A stretch of DNA of 64,000 nt from Octopus vulgaris (Eukaryota), in the NCBI GenBank assembly GCA_951406725.2, contig OX597816.1, forward strand, positions 64,046,001-64,110,000, given 5' to 3'. The notes below the pieces were generated by a model. That model was not told where the DNA came from and searched no databases. It was given only the letters and a program-made list of their open reading frames with translations. Made by a program: the position numbers and the translations under genes. This document shows positions 13,166 through 25,950 of the stretch, one piece after another. How positions within the stretch are numbered: the stretch's first letter is position 1; every line of letters starts with the position of its first letter.

Positions 13166-15708
13166 AGCACACAATATTAAGTGATACAATGCTGCTATTG
13201 CTGCAAGTTTCTGTTTCCTTTGTTTTCAAATGAACTTTTCCATTATCATTCTTTTTGTTGTGTCTTCTATCCTAGCAATGTTTGTATGCTTCTAATCCTG
13301 TACATGTTCCCTTTTTATTTCATCCCATATATTTGAAGAGCGCATAATCCTCACATTTGTGAGGCAACTATTTTGAACGTGTGAATATTTTCAAAAGACG
13401 ATCTACCTAAAGATGTGTTACAATGCTTTAAGGTGTCTAGTGATATCTCTGCCCCTTACTTACGTGGTAAACGTGCGCCACTAAGTAGCAAAGGTGGTGG
13501 TGGTAGTAGTAGTAGGAAAAGGAGGAGGAGGAGGAGGAGGGGGAGGAGGAAGAGGAGTAGTAGCAGCAGTAGCAGCAGCAAGAAGGAGACAAACTAGATT
13601 TGTGGGCTGGGTAAAGCAAGACATATGTTTCATATTACAAGTGTTTAAACATTTCGTTAAATATTATTCCAAGCAAGTCTGCGGAAAAGTTATGAAACTT
13701 TCCTTCTTGTTCGATGACGGGCTCTATCAGGGACATCAGATCGTAACTAATGCTATTTTAACTAAGGAAACTCTAAAAGAGACGTCATATGCATGGAAAA
13801 CAGGTATTTTAAACATTGGTAACATATTCTGTTGTGTTTGGGGAGAGTCTTTCTTTTTGTGAATTATTATATAACACACTCACCGGTAAAATTTCCATTT
13901 ATTTCTTACCAGTGAGTGCGTTAAATTATAAGGCACAAAAAGAAAATTACTCTCCTCAGACACAACAGAATATGCTTCAACACACAAACTCACATAAAGA
14001 ATCCTGCAAACCAAATCCCAAAGCGAAATATTGCTAAAATATACAATGTGCTGCGCAAAGAGATAATCGTTTCAATTAACGGAAATTATGCCATCCATAA
14101 ACAAATGTTTTTTTCTCAACACAGCATGCGTAAGTATAAATTTCAATAAGTAATTTTGCATAGTTGTCATCCCCTTTCTAGCCTCAATTATATTTAAACA
14201 CAGAAATAAACTTTCCATTTCAGGAGGAACACGTTATACCTACAATATTATTTAGGCTTTCTAGGACTGGAAGTATACAATTTGTGAAGTGTATATGCTT
14301 GCTATTTGCTGAAGATAGTGACACCTCTGGTTCTCGGTTTCACATCTATAAAACATAACCGAACAGATCGTTGAACGAATATAAATTTATGGGTAATGCA
14401 GCATGTACACCTGTTAGTTATATCACTGAGTAGTTGACCATTCCATAATTTCAGTTGAATAAATCAGTCAAAATATAATCTATCCACACAGAAGTGGGAT
14501 AACTATCTTCAAAACCTTGTCATTGATATGAACAGTCGAATAAAATATTGCCCGAAGAGAATTCCAGAGAAAGGAGATAACGGCTGTGAGGCTTATGTTT
14601 ATCCATTAACAGCAGCGATATGAATTGTATAAAGGGAATTAGTTATAAGTGGGAATAGAATATGATGCAACCTATTAGATATAAAAGCCAAATCTCCCTC
14701 AGATCATAAGCAATAGCCACGATGACCTGAAAAAAGGAAAAAAGCAAAGAATCGATAGTTTAGACGATGTTATTTTAAATCCATTGTGACTGTCAAAAAT
14801 GGACCACTGGTTGCAGAATGTGCTACAAATGGTTAGGAACACTTCTTCATATAAACCTCCACTATCATATAAAACGAAGCTCTCATTGGGTATGGTGGCA
14901 TTGATCAAGTTTTTATTTCATCATTATTGTTGGGACTAAACCTCAAGATCATGAATTAATAATGTGTTAAAAATTAATAAATTAAATTGTTAATTTTTTT
15001 GTCAATAATTATTTGCATTTGCTCATTTCTCTCTAACTGTTCACAAGTATATCAAGCATTGCCTGTCTGGTACACGAAAAGTTGGATGCCGATTGTGAGA
15101 TGATTGGGTCCGCCATCTCACAAGCTTCAAGAGCAAGTTTATCATGAGATGCCAGTAACACTTTTACAGCTGTCGTTGATCCTGCTTCGCCCCACTTCAA
15201 CCCTGACCTATTATATTTGGAATCAATGACGTTCATGACGTGGCCATCCCGTCCTATTTCCCTGCGAACATACTCTCCAACTTGTTGGTTTCCAAGACGC
15301 CTGGTTACTACATGATGGAATTTGGACTGTTATATACAGCAGGAGACAGTGACCACTAGCAGCTCAACGCTCAGCCGCTGGTCTGTGATGGCAAGGATAC
15401 TAGGTGATAGTGGTAGCGATGGTGGCGGAGGTGGTGGTCGTAGTGCTCTCTCATGTAACAAATCCATGTAAAACGAGTGGGTGGATTTATGATAGAAATT
15501 TGAAACTTTAAAAAAAAATTATTACTTAGATTCATGTGAATTCAAATCAGAGTATTGCATTCATGACCATCATATATATATATGTGTGTGTATGTGTGTG
15601 TGTGTGTGTGTGTGCATACACACGTATACACACACACGCATGCACGCAGACATCCCCACACATATACGCCCCCACATATTTCTATATATATGTACGTATG
15701 TATATATA

Positions 15709-15754
<46 letters not shown>

Positions 15755-15756
<2 letters not shown>

Positions 15757-16490
15757 AGGCACACTTGTTTGTTCCTCTTCAAGGTTACCATATCCGGCCA
15801 TCGGAGTAGTGTTTCTTCTCTCTCGTTGGATGTTCTTGTTCGTAATTCATGAGCACTCTCAAGTCTATTTTTGTTAGCTCCTTCTGCACTAGCACCATAC
15901 TCTAATCTTCTTTGCTATTAACCAAATATTCTGCCTGTGTACATCGGCATTAGGCTGGAGGACACCATGCATTGTCATTGTCTTTTGGGTTGTGCGATCG
16001 AGTTTATCAATCTCCGCTTGTGTCCATCTCAAGATGGGTGCATTATAGCGGACTACAGAAACAGCCTATATGTTGATGACAGTTACAAGGTTCCTTGAGT
16101 TGCGCTATGACTTCAAGAGAAGTTTGAGGTGCTTGAAATATGCAGTGATGCACTGATGACCGCATCTTTCATTTCTCTGTTCAAGATATTTTCAATCTCC
16201 AGGATTCTAAGGTACTTGTACCCATCATCATCCAGGTCTTCCATTCTCCCTCCATTTGGCAATTCTATGCCCCTACAATTTACTCTTTTCCCCCGCTTCA
16301 AAGTAATCACCGCACCATTCGAGATATCAAATTCCATCCCCATATCCTTGCTGCACATTTGCGCAGTCTCAACCAGCCTCTCTAGTTGCGGATGTGTTTT
16401 TGCAGCAGTTTTAAATCATCCATGAATAGAAGGCGGTCAAGTCGAGGTCGTTCTTTCTCAGCTCATAGTGCAAGTTGATTTTACATAGGA
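15755..16490 (-). mobile_element. R4/Dong-like LINE reverse transcriptase fragment
   Basis: LFMDDLK-like motif (~16410-16430), then SKDMGMEF..GIELPNG..GYKYLRILE and WTQAEIDKLDRTT. Confidence 0.85.
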
Positions 16491-16494
16491 CATA

Positions 16495-16930
16495 TTATAT
16501 TATTTTTGTTGTTATTATTATTATTTTTCCTTCTTTCTTCAAATTTTCTTCCGTTTCTCACCGAGTATTTTCCTTACACCTAGGGCAGAGAAGCTCATTG
16601 TGTGCATTCCCAGATTACACACGCAAATTTACAGGTAAAATATGTATTTAAACAATTAATAATGAATGAATAGATGTTGTTTTCACAGCGATAATGCTCT
16701 TCTCAGTACATGAGCCGTTCCAGGTAACACGATGTTTTGCACTTCAAGAGAATGTTTAAGAAACCATAAGAAAATTACGTGCTTGTATTAAAACTTGAGA
16801 TTACTTAGAAAGTATTTTCGTAGGATATGGGCAGTTCCCATATCTTTTGAATTTCTGCCATTTTGGGGTTTTCTTGTATCTGAGCTAAAGTAGCAATCAG
16901 CCCCTTTTGCTATAATTCCCAGGGCACCTA
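16495..16930 (-). mobile_element. LINE 3' end (REL-type C-terminus, UTR and TAA-like tail)
   Basis: GALGIIAK..MGTAHILRKILS, followed by a 3'UTR ending in (AAT)n. Confidence 0.7.
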
Positions 16931-16977
16931 TGACAACAGATATTGTTTTAGTCTTATTATCATTATTGATATTATTG

Positions 16978-17020
<43 letters not shown>

Positions 17021-17025
17021 TATTA

Positions 17026-17074
<49 letters not shown>

Positions 17075-17800
17075 CGTTCTAGTTGTTTCTGTTGTTGCTG
17101 TCGCTTTTGAATTCTCCAATTTTCACTTGAAAAGGAAATTGCGGGTGAAGAGTGAAGTGCTGTCCTCGAGTGAGTTTACTGAAAGTTGGGTGAAAGTTGC
17201 GTAAATGGCAAGAGTGAATGTTACCTATGTAAGTGTAGACCTGTGAGTCGGAGAATGGGAATTGGAAAGGACACTTAATTTTGGTGTTCAGAAAGATCTC
17301 AGAGAGTAGGGTTCCTCGTTTATCCTTAGAGGTCACCCTGTATTAGGAGAGCTGCATCTCTATCATCCCCACCATTTTTAAAATGTGTATATTACGTTTG
17401 TTTCCCTTCGTGTATGTTGTACCGTGTAATAGAAAGGATTATTATTATTGTTATTATTATTTGCAACATACTGAGTCACGAATGTTTATTGATCCATGAA
17501 ACGGATGTAGTTATACATACTGCAGGATTTCCGTAGATGCGATCTTGCTTGTAGCAAGTCTGATCAATGATGCGGCGCACTGAACAGTTCATCCTCCTGT
17601 CTCCAGTCTTAGGTGCATTTCCGCGTTCCAGTCTTTAAGCAAAACTATCTTTTTTTGTAAATCTATTTTCTTTCTATATCTTTTTTTTTATATATCTAAT
17701 TCATTTATTTCAATATATTTTCGCCTGTTTGTTTTGCAAACGGAAAGTGTGCCATTCTAAATAAAATAAATAAATAAAAGACAAGAGAATTAGCACATAT

Positions 17801-18080
17801 GCGCAGGTGTGGCTATGTGGTAAGAAGCTTACTTTCTAACCACACGATTCCGGGTTCAGTCCCAATACACGATACCTTGGGCAAGTGTCTTCTACTATAG
17901 GCTGGGGTCGACCGAAGCCTTGTCAATGGATTTAATAGGTGGAAACTGAAAGAATCTCGTCGTATATATATGTGTGTGTATATCTATGTGTGTGCGTCTA
18001 TGTGTCTGTATTTGTCCTGCTTAACAACCGGTGTCGGTGTATTTATGTCACTGTAATCCAACAGTCCGGCAAATGACACC
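17801..18080 (+). mobile_element. SINE family A copy, 3'-truncated by the adjacent DNA transposon
   Basis: GCGCAGGTGTGGCTATGTGGTAAG..GGGTTCAGTCCC..CCTTGGGCAAG. Confidence 0.85.
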
Positions 18081-18774
18081 GACCAACTTTAGATTTATAC
18101 CGACCAATTTTAGAAACTTTACCGATCAGATTCAGAATTTTTTATACATATTTCTAAATAAAGTATCTTGTACCCGAATATCTTTAATATGTAAGTTTAT
18201 ACTCAGAAATTGTACTACTATATTAACAATATATCAATTACAGATTTTTTTCAGTGAAAGTTGCACATATTTTATTGTGCAGTTATTGAGGAGAATTTCA
18301 AGGAATATTTAATTGGGCTGAAAACATCTATTGATGACAAGGGAATTTCGACACCTGTATTTATTCTACACAATGCAAAAATTCATCACTACGTTGGATT
18401 AAGCTCAGTATTAAACGAGCTAAATCTAAATTTAATTTACTTACCGCCTTATTCGTCTTTCTTAAATCAGATTGAAAATGTTTGTTTTTTTTTCTGTTTG
18501 GAAACGTTTGGTCTTGCGTTCCGATACATAAAATGATAATGAACTAAAGGATTTATATCAAACAAATTCAACGAAATTAGCAGGGAACACTGCGATTCAT
18601 TTCCTAGAAAAATGTTAGGCTATATGTGTTCTTCAGAGGAGAAAGAGACCATTAATGAATGAAGATTATGTATATATATAATCTTTATCCATTAATGGTA
18701 TCTTTCTCCTCTGAAGATTATGTATATATATATATAATCTTTATCCATTAATGGTCTCTTTCTACTCTGAAGAT

Positions 18775-18827
<53 letters not shown>

Positions 18828-19777
18828 TAATCTTTATTCATTAATGGTCTCTTTCTCCTGTGAAGAACATCTTCTTCAAAAAGCTTGTAGTAGTTTGTCG
18901 TCTGTAGCTAAAATAGTTGAATGATATAATCTTGCAAGAAGTGTTATAGAGTAGTCTCCCTTAAGTAGGTTTCTCGGAAGATTATATTTCATGAGAAGTA
19001 ATTCTTAATTATTCAAGAAGCTTCGCGCTTCTCTTGGAATTTTCTAGAATGTCTAGCGTTCCATTAATAAAAACAGTTTGTTTGCCCTGCTCTTTGCTTC
19101 TTTGTCGATTAGACTCGGAGCCATTCACGTCGTTGCTATGTCTACATATTTCTCTATGCCACATTGCTAAAAACCAGTATTTAGCTGCTATTTCTACATT
19201 TCTGAACTTTCTTGCATAGATTATTTCATTTAATTAATTTCTATATTTTGATTATGTTTCATCGACAACCAGTTAATGAAATATATTTTATGTAATAAAT
19301 ATATAGTTCCTAAATTTATTCATCTTCTCTGTAAGAATTCCTCTAATAAGATACATGCAGCATTTCTAAATAGATATTGACACTACAAGCTTAACTTGGA
19401 TTTTATAAAATTTCTCAAATAGAAATATTGTATTGTTTTGTATAGTTGACAATAATATGTATGTGTGTGTGTGTGTATGCCAGTTTCATTCAAAAAAATG
19501 TTTTAATTGATATAATGGTAATATGTGTGGTGTCAAAATTCCTGATTATAAGTGTTCTATAGTAACCATATTTGGGTTCAAGATATTTTGAGAGATATGT
19601 ATCAAAGAAAGAACTCTGAATTTGATAGCTAAATTTTTTTTAATTGCTCGGTACAAATCTAAAATCAATCGATACAATTCTAATATTGGTTGGTACAAAT
19701 ATAATGTTGGTCGGTAGAAATGTTATACTAGTCAGTGCAAATCTAATATTAGTCGGTACAAATCTAAAGTTGGTCGG
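18079..19777. mobile_element. Rearranged IS630/Tc1-like element with long imperfect TIRs containing ~21-bp subrepeats
   Basis: Left end CCGACCAACTTTAGATTTATACCGACC and right end GTCGGTACAAATCTAAAGTTGGTCGGG; inverted similarity extends ~190 bp or more. Internal remnant IL(D>H)NAKIH-x-YLPPYSSFLNQIE has DD34E spacing (18261-18660, +). Confidence 0.8.
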
Positions 19778-19787
19778 GAAGCAGAAA

Positions 19788-20207
19788 AGGCAGCGAGCTG
19801 GCAAAAACCTTAGCACGCCGGGCGAAATGCTTAGCGGTATTTCGTCTGGCGCTACATTCTGAATTCAAATTCCGCCGAGGTCGACTTTGCCTTTCATCCT
19901 TTCGGGGACGATTAAATAAGTACCAGTTACGCACTGGGGTTGATATAATCGACTTAATCCGTTTGTCTGTTCTTGTTTATCCCCTTGGTGTTTAGCCCCT
20001 TGTGGGTAATAAAGAAATAGGTATTCCGTCTGCCGCTACGTTCTGAGTTCAAATTCCGCCGAGGTCGACTTTGCCTTTCATCCTTTCGGGGTCGATAAAT
20101 TAAGTACAAGTTACACAACTGGGGTCAATGTAATCAACTTAATCCCTCTGTCTGTCCTTGTGTGTCCTTTCTGTGTTTAGCCCCTTGTGGGCAATAAAGA
20201 AATAAGA
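19788..20207 (+). mobile_element. SINE family C dimer
   Basis: Head AGGCAGCGAGCTGGCA, then two core+tail units joined at AAAGAAATAGGTATT. Confidence 0.9.
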
Positions 20208-20556
20208 AAAGCATACGGGAGTACAACAAATGTAGTATAATTTCATAACAGTATCACACAGTAGTGTAGGTCATTTAAAAATGCTGAGAAGTATAGCTCT
20301 CACTAATTCTTATATTACAGGAAAACAATGAAGACTGTAACAATTTATTTAGTACCATACACATCTCATGTATTTCCAGTCTTTCCAACATATATTGGCC
20401 GGTGAATGCCCTGGATACTGGTTAGCGAATATCCCCGATTGTGGCCGGCGAATACCCTGGATTCTGCAGTTGAATATGTTACCAACGTGGAATATGGGAT
20501 AGCAGTTAAAGATGGTAGAGAAATATGGCACACTGATCAGCAGTGGGTTCAACCTC

Positions 20557-20660
20557 AGGCTGAAGTACCTGGGAGTAATTTCCACTGAGAGGCTGACGTA
20601 GCTGAGAATAATTTTCGCTGAGAGGCTGACGTAGGTGGGAGTAATTTTCGCTGAGAGGCT
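20557..20660. repeat. 33-bp tandem repeat, about 3 copies
   Basis: AGGC(T) starts at 20557, 20590, 20623 and 20656; unit AGGCTGACGTAGCTGGGAGTAATTTTCGCTGAG. Confidence 0.9.
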
Positions 20661-21472
20661 AATGTGGATCCGTGACTGAATATGCTCAAAGAATCGGATG
20701 CATTTTATTTTTGAGTTAAAGTTACACCCTCACCGAAAAGAGTACAACAGCAACAATATTATCACTACTAATAGCAGAAACTAGAAGAGACATATTAATG
20801 ATTACAAGTAGAGCGACATCACTGAAAGGAACTGACTCCATCAGTTCCATGACATACACGAAAAGTAAATGCACACGTATCACGAACAACAAAAACACAA
20901 GAAAACAAAAGTCCAAATATAGATTAAGCAAACGCGATAGACGCTGCTACTAGCATGCACATGCAACAGCCAGTTTCTGCCTTCGACCTCTCACCTGCGA
21001 TTTCTTTAGATTATGATGACAAAGAACCATAGTAAGCGTTTGGGTGGGGGTGTGAATTAAAACGAGGAAGAAAAAAACCACGACAATCGCATAATGCTGA
21101 AAACCTGATGATTTTATAGAATTTGCCAGTCACTGACCCACCACCACCAGCAAAGGAACAACATGAAAATCGAGAAACTTAAGAACAAGACGGGTCAAAA
21201 TCTACTAAGAAAATAAACAATAATATCTTAGCTAGCAAACACGCAAACAAGAAATGCAATGACTTGGATTTCAAAAGGTACGACAAAAAAAAAATGCAAA
21301 ATAAATATGAATAATGAAGGAAATAACAAAGGAACAATACCATGCAAAGACAGAATCCATATCAATAGCAGCCGAACATTAAAAACTGCGAATTCCCAGT
21401 TTCATTTTTCTAAATAGAACAGCAGTGAGTTCATGCAGTACATATAAAGATGCCACTACTTTCACACACACT

Positions 21473-21568
<96 letters not shown>

Positions 21569-23181
21569 TAAAGAAAGGAAGAAGATAAGTGTGTAGGTTT
21601 CGTCTCCAAATTAGCAGTAGGTGGACTTCTGCCGCAAAGAGAATTCCAATGTGACGTGAGACTTTTCATAAATAGCGTGGAAAATTCAATCGGTATTTGA
21701 AATAATTCATTATCATTAAGCATTGGCTATGTATAACGTTACTGGCGCAATAACGTAGTATTTATTGCAAAATAGGAGGATTTAAGCACTTAGCTGTAGT
21801 CTCCTTGAAAATTTATGTTTTTTTTTCTCCATATGTTATAGAATGCTGAATTGATAAAGTCTTTAAATCTTCGATAAAATGCGTTGTTTCATTCCACATC
21901 ATAGCACCTTTTCCTTCAATGTTTTTGAGAGACCGAAGACTTGTGAATGAAGCTGGGTAAACAGAAAATGTGTGGAAGCCCGTCGGATAGCTTCCCAATT
22001 ATTATATGGGATGGTCTAGTTAACACTAGCATATCTTCCTATGGCGGGCTTTAGTAATGTGCATTCGGTTGCTCTACGTAAACTTAGTTTCCAACAGTTT
22101 TGAAGGTGATGCACAATAGCCAAGAAGGTTGCACTTTTGTTCGAAACGAACCATAAGAAATACAAACTATTGTAATGTAGAACTGAGAATGCCTGGATAG
22201 TGACAGTGTGTCATCGGCGTTTTGTCAGACTGATTTTCCCACAAATCATTTCTATGAGAACTGCAATCTTTGGCGAAGGGAAGAGTAGGCCGGCTGGCAC
22301 CTAGTTTGGTGTCAAAGGCTAATCGTTTTCTTTCACTTGACGTTGCAGTCATTGCATTCTAATGTAATGTAGGAGAGGCTGCGAACTGGCAGAATCGTTA
22401 GTACGATTAACAGCATTTCTGGCTATATCTTCTGGGTTGAAATTCGGTCGAGATCGACTTATGCTTTTATCCTTTCCAAGTCAATAATATATATACTACT
22501 TGAGTATTGGGTTCGATGGGATTAATTATCCTTCCTCTGGTCTTGTCCCAAAATCCGATACCATTCTATGAAATATAAGGCACTAACGTTGATGAAGAAG
22601 GCTTTACTCCAAATTAAATTACTTGAAATATATATGACAATACTGAGAACACTTCGTGTAAATTCATACATGCTGGGAAAATAGAAATTAGTGACAGCAC
22701 CTGCCCCGATGCAGTGTTCTGTTTAGATCCTGCATTTTCGATGTATTGAAGGTACTTGATGCAAATTGTGAACCGTAGGAGATAATAATATTGTTTTCAG
22801 TATGTTATTTCAGCATTGATGTTCATATCTTGATATCTCCCATTTAAATTAGACACATATTACTACGTGCTTGGATTGATACTTTACTTCAAACGTAATT
22901 CCTTTAATGATGGTGTTTCAAAATAGTATTCCGTCAGTTAGTGGTCGTGCCTATTGATTATTATAGGGCGCTTTGGTTTTCGTTCTTTTTCATACATGAA
23001 ACTAAAAAATGCGGGTTCTTTCTTTACTTTTAGAACATTGTTAGCTATTTTTGTGTCACAGGACTGAATTGATCTGGTAGTGATATTATAGACTGCTTCG
23101 TTACACTTCATAACATTTACATTCCAAGTTTTAAATTTATCAAAGCAGAGAAAGGCGTTGATTTAGTCGACATATAATTAA

Positions 23182-23487
23182 CGTGGAGGTGCAATGGCCC
23201 AGTGTTTAGGGCAGCGGACTCTCGGTCGTAGGAACGCGGTTTCGATTCTAAGACCGGACGTTGTGCGTGTTTGTTGAGCGAAAACACCTAAAGCTCCACG
23301 AGACTCCGGCAGGGTGTGATGACGATCCCTGCTGTACTCTTTCGCCACAACTTTCTCTCACTCTTTCTTCTGTTGGCCTGCTCGCTTAGCCAGTGGGGTG
23401 GTGTCATTTGAAGGCTAAAACAATGCAAAGCGCATTGTGACCAGTGATGTGTAGCAACATCTGATAGCCTTGTCGGTAACGGTGACC
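23182..23487 (+). mobile_element. SINE family B copy with a distinct tail
   Basis: GTGGAGGTGCAATGGCCCAGTG head; tail GCAAAGCGCATTGTGACC. Confidence 0.85.
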
Positions 23488-24205
23488 ATAATCAACAATG
23501 TCTTGCAAACAACTTGCACATGCAAGTGCTACCAGTTAAAAGCTCCTCCGTATACCGGAAGCTAGCAAGTGTATGGGGTCATCAGGAGAGAATGCGCGCC
23601 GTTTCGGGGACTACCTCTCGACGGCATCAATGCGCACCGGACCCCTCACTGATATGAGGCCCCGCTTGCTAGATCAGCTGGTTATGAAGTTAAACTCAAT
23701 ATACTTCTAGCCATCGCTCATCGTCTCTTTTTAACCAAATCCAGTGGCTAGCCTTCTCCACTGTAGATTAGATATCAGTCATGGTGGTATTGACTTTACG
23801 ATGAGTTAGGCCTAGCGATAACAACAGTCGTCCCACGCTGTGTCCAACAAACCCTCTACATCCGACTTCGATAGGAAAATACATACACACACACACACAT
23901 GCATATATGTATTCTACATGAATGTTGTCAGGTCGTTATCACCTACAGCGAGGATGGATTTATGCGAACTGACAGGCCTTGGATTATTAATAGATATGAG
24001 ACAGCCAGTTGTCCCTTTTCACTACTTGCCTGGTCTGTGCATACATTAGCATCATTGTTCACAAATCTTTCTAATTCTTTCTGATTATTTGTCATCTGCA
24101 GTCAAAATGAAACTGTTTCTTTTCTGCTTTTAATCTGAGAATTTTGAGCAGCTGTTGCCAACGATCACTTTCGCTTACTTTCTCTTCGTGGTGTCATGAA
24201 GTATA

Positions 24206-24434
24206 CTACTCTTTTTTTACTCTTTTACTTGTTTCAGTCATTTGACTGTGGCCATACTAAAGCACCGCCTTTAGTCGAGCAAATCAACCCCCAGAACTTA
24301 TTTTTTGTAAGCCTAGTACTTATTCTATCGGTCTCTTTTGTCGAACCGCTAGGTTACGGGGACGTAAACACACCAGCATCGGTTGTCAAGCGATGTTGGG
24401 GACAAACACAGACACACAAATACATACACACACA

Positions 24435-24500
<66 letters not shown>

Positions 24501-24667
24501 ATATATATACGACGGGATTCTTTCAGTTTCCGTCTACCAAATCCACTCACAAGGCTTGGGTAGGCTCGAGGCTATAGTAGAAAACACTTGCCCAAGGTGC
24601 CACGCAGTGGGACTGAAGCCGGAACCATGTGGTTGGTAAGCAAGTTACTTACCACACAGCCATTCCT
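24206..24667 (-). mobile_element. SINE family A full copy with internal (TA)n
   Basis: Reverse complement of the 48215-48628 sequence. Confidence 0.9.
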
Positions 24668-25464
24668 ACTTATGAAGATTTTTTTCTATCCTTTTACCGC
24701 TAATGTATTTTCAAATACCGTTTGTCTTTTGGACCTTTTCAACTTTTAGATATTTTCCTGCCATGCAGTCACTTTCTAGTGTGTACTTTATTGTTTCGTT
24801 ATTTAGACATTCTGCTTTACTTGTGTGTGTGTGCGCGCGCGCGCATGAGTGTGTGTGTTTCTGCCCATGTGTGCTCGTTTCTGTTTCCCTAATTACACAA
24901 CCGAGTTTCATTTTTCTTGCTTCTAAATGTTTCGTTTGCTCACTGTTGCTAATTCTAGCACTTCTCTATTTATTGACATAAATACCAACATTCTATCTAT
25001 GAAAGGTGGGCATTTTCTCATTACACCGAGGTTTAAAAACTTTCTCAGTACTCTCTTTGTTTTCCTACATAACCTCATCAACGCTCATAAACATTAGTTT
25101 ATTAATCTGGTGTAAATAAACTGGACTGGTACTGTGCTTATACCTATCAAATTATGCTTAGCAATGGCGTCTGTTTCCTAATAGCAGTCTGACACATTTG
25201 CAGTTCTCCTTTCTCATTATATGCTTTATTTCATTGTCTCTATTTTATCAAGTTTCATCTCCTCATTACTGTTTGTATTGGCGTTTCTGGTCTAATTCTC
25301 TTATTATGATACGTGCATCTAATTACGTTCCCATTTCCAGCTTAGTTGAATAATTCCGTTGTTATTCACTTATTTATAAGGTTTCACTGAAATTCTAAAT
25401 AATTTTCCATAACATATGCATGCTTATATCTTAACTAAATTTAGACATAATATTTAATAAGTTC

Positions 25465-25685
<221 letters not shown>

Positions 25686-25950
25686 CCACCAGCATCATTT
25701 TCATTATTAACTTTATTTCAAATGTTAAATACTGTTATGGTTGTTATTGTTGTTTTTATTACTATCATCATCACGAACATCATCATCTTCATTAAAACTT
25801 ATTTGCCCTTAGATTACATTTTCCACGCCCCCGCCCAATGAACTAAATTCATTTCACCTTAATATCTTTCTACCTTGTTCTCGTTTAATTTTATACTTCT
25901 CATATATAGATCAATTTCCAAGAGACTCAAATATATTTCTATATAGAGGA

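Noticed and set aside
23182-23255. Functional tRNA-Arg gene (also at other family B heads)
   Set aside because: It continues into a SINE body shared by many copies and lacks a proper acceptor stem.
23579-23610. Minus-strand GAAA..CTGATGA as a type II hammerhead
   Set aside because: The flanks are CCCC on both sides and cannot form stem II.
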